A stretch of DNA of 64,000 bases, from positions 3,029-67,028 of the forward strand of contig CAZCQL010000014.1 in the NCBI GenBank assembly GCA_964500835.1. Direction: 5' to 3'. Source of the stretch: an uncultured Bacteroides sp. GTDB lineage: Bacteria; Bacteroidota; Bacteroidia; Bacteroidales; GCA-2748055. The notes below the pieces were generated by a model that had not been told where the DNA came from, searched no databases, and saw only the letters and a list, made by a program, of their open reading frames with translations. Below, piece by piece: positions 62,591-64,000 of this stretch (position 1 is its first letter; every line of letters begins with the position of its first letter). A program made the translations under genes and the position numbers.

Positions 62591-63910
62591 ATGATGAGGA
62601 ATTTAATGCTATTCATTATCTCTGGTATTTTGACCGTACTTCTGGCCGCCTGTGGCACAGGAAGAACTGATGATCCGATAAATTCCACACCGGATCAATC
62701 CGGCTTACTGAACGAATTCATTATCATGGCCTATTCCGGTCCTCCGCTTGAAGAGGTGACACTGGAAAGATACCGGGAGATAGCTGAAGCAAGGATCGAA
62801 TTCCTGGTTCCTGGCAATGGAACTTTCAGCGGGGAACAAAATCTCAGGGCAATGGATCTTGGCGCAGAAAGCGGCATCAGGATCATTCCCATTGATATGC
62901 GAATCATGCCTTTTACCCTGGAAAAGGATGTAAGCATTGACACCATGGCCATCCGGGCTATTGCGAATGATTACAAGGACCATCCGGCATTTGCAGGATA
63001 TGTGATAAGGGACGAACCGAGTGGTGATTTGTTTGCGGGATTAAGGGACGTTTGTAAAATTTTCAGGGAAGAAGATCCACTGCATGAACCACTGATTAAC
63101 CTTCTCCCATCGTATGGTAGTCCCACCCAGCTTGGATTTGATGATTACCGAACCTATGTTCGTACCTATATCGAAACTGTAAAACCCGGATTGCTTTCTT
63201 ATGATAATTATGCCCTGAGGGAGCCTGTCACCTGGTACAACTTCTGGTTCAACGACCTGACCATTGTGAGGGAGGAGACACAAAAAGCCCGGATCCCGTT
63301 TATGGTATTTATGCAGAGTGAAGGTATCAGGGGCCATCTGCATGTTCCCAACAGGGCAGAGATACTCTGGCAGGTCAATACTGCGCTGGCATATGGGGCA
63401 CAGGGAATCGGATGGTTCAGCTACTGGACGCCTGCCCCTGACCAGGGATTTCCGCAGGGTGATGAGGCACCACCACCACTGGTTGAGTCACATTATGATG
63501 GCATGATAGATATCAATGGCAAACGCACAGAAGTATATGACCTTGTACGGGAGGCCAATATCTACCTGAAGAAGGCCGGGAAAGGAATACTTGGCTGGGA
63601 AAGTACCCACGTCGCAAGGTATGAAGGAGGGCAAATGGTTGAAGGGGGATCTTCTCCGGCTGTAACACCGGCAGGTGAGGAGGCCAATATCGTTATCGGA
63701 ACATTCAGGAACGGTAACAGGAAACGCATTGTAATATCCAATAGCAGTTATGAAAAACCTGCATCATTTTCGCTTCAGGTATCTTCGGGCTGGAAAATTG
63801 ATGGAATTTTCACATCCATTGATGCAAATCCTGCAGGAGATATGGATTCGTTGCTTGATTGGACCATGGAACCAGGCGGGTCAGTCCTGCTCAACCTGAA
63901 ACCGGTGTGA
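62591..63910 (+). CDS. Lipoprotein, putative clan GH-A-like TIM-barrel glycoside hydrolase (family not recognised)
   Basis: Start taken at MMRNLMLFIISGILTVLLAAC (lipobox). YVIRDEPS (acid/base-like N/DEP motif) and MVFMQSEG (candidate nucleophile strand) are spaced as in GH-A barrels. A C-terminal beta-domain follows. Confidence 0.65.
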   Translation: MMRNLMLFIISGILTVLLAACGTGRTDDPINSTPDQSGLLNEFIIMAYSGPPLEEVTLERYREIAEARIEFLVPGNGTFSGEQNLRAMDLGAESGIRIIPIDMRIMPFTLEKDVSIDTMAIRAIANDYKDHPAFAGYVIRDEPSGDLFAGLRDVCKIFREEDPLHEPLINLLPSYGSPTQLGFDDYRTYVRTYIETVKPGLLSYDNYALREPVTWYNFWFNDLTIVREETQKARIPFMVFMQSEGIRGHLHVPNRAEILWQVNTALAYGAQGIGWFSYWTPAPDQGFPQGDEAPPPLVESHYDGMIDINGKRTEVYDLVREANIYLKKAGKGILGWESTHVARYEGGQMVEGGSSPAVTPAGEEANIVIGTFRNGNRKRIVISNSSYEKPASFSLQVSSGWKIDGIFTSIDANPAGDMDSLLDWTMEPGGSVLLNLKPV

Positions 63911-64000
63911 CAGGATGGACACCAGCAATTACAAGATGATAAACTATACGACTAAAATGAAAAAGAGAATGTCTATTCCAGGAAATGTTTACTGCTCGAT

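Noticed and set aside
1-64000. CRISPR arrays, tRNA/rRNA genes, prophage or defence-system genes, intact IS elements.
   Set aside because: I saw no regularly spaced direct repeats, no cloverleaf-like or rRNA-like conserved stretches, and no nuclease, helicase, methyltransferase, capsid or integrase ORFs. Only two transposase scraps are present. This was a visual scan only, so short or degenerate elements could have been missed.
63957-64000. A possible new gene start (MKKRMSIPGNVYCS...) at the window edge.
   Set aside because: Only 14 codons are visible, which is not enough to support a call.

Overview
This 64-kb window looks like a Bacteroidota chromosome: it has T9SS C-terminal sorting domains, many lipoprotein, Sec and Tat leaders, and a CarboxypepD_reg-type TonB receptor. 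Almost all of it is a glycan-utilisation island. From gene content I infer the target is a sulfated, L-rhamnose-rich polysaccharide of the ulvan or rhamnan-sulfate type.

Intact content:
- 3 GH78 alpha-L-rhamnosidases and 2 GH106-like enzymes.
- 5 full-length S1 formylglycine-type sulfatases, one with a non-canonical C-R-P-A-L active-site motif.
- A DUF5060/DUF4038 (GH140-like) protein and a five-bladed-propeller GH-like protein.
- 2 T9SS-exported multidomain proteins.
- A non-SusC TonB-dependent receptor with no SusD partner.
- Two very large secreted proteins (991 aa and 955 aa) that I cannot assign to any family.
- Two more GH-like lipoproteins.
- A PhyH dioxygenase, FMN_bind-like protein and FAD-oxidoreductase trio.
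- The enzyme types of the non-phosphorylative L-rhamnose pathway: an amidohydrolase_2 lactonase-like protein, an RhmD-like dehydratase and an HpcH-type aldolase.

The most striking point is that the lactonase-like protein, an aldo/keto reductase, the FAD oxidoreductase and the dehydratase all carry export signals. An Nramp-fold transporter that lacks the DPGN metal motif sits 6 nt upstream of the aldolase.

Sixteen genes from 46000 down to 11972 are co-directional. I saw no intact regulator, SusD, tRNA, rRNA or CRISPR array.

The island also holds more than 12 gene remnants: HTCS sensor, AAA ATPase, GH43, GH78, sulfatase, RhaT, SDR, FAH, fbp, rpiB-like, URO-D-like and two transposase scraps. 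These point to heavy rearrangement.

All family calls are by-eye motif recognition from the supplied translations. No searches or computations were run. CDS coordinates include the stop codon.
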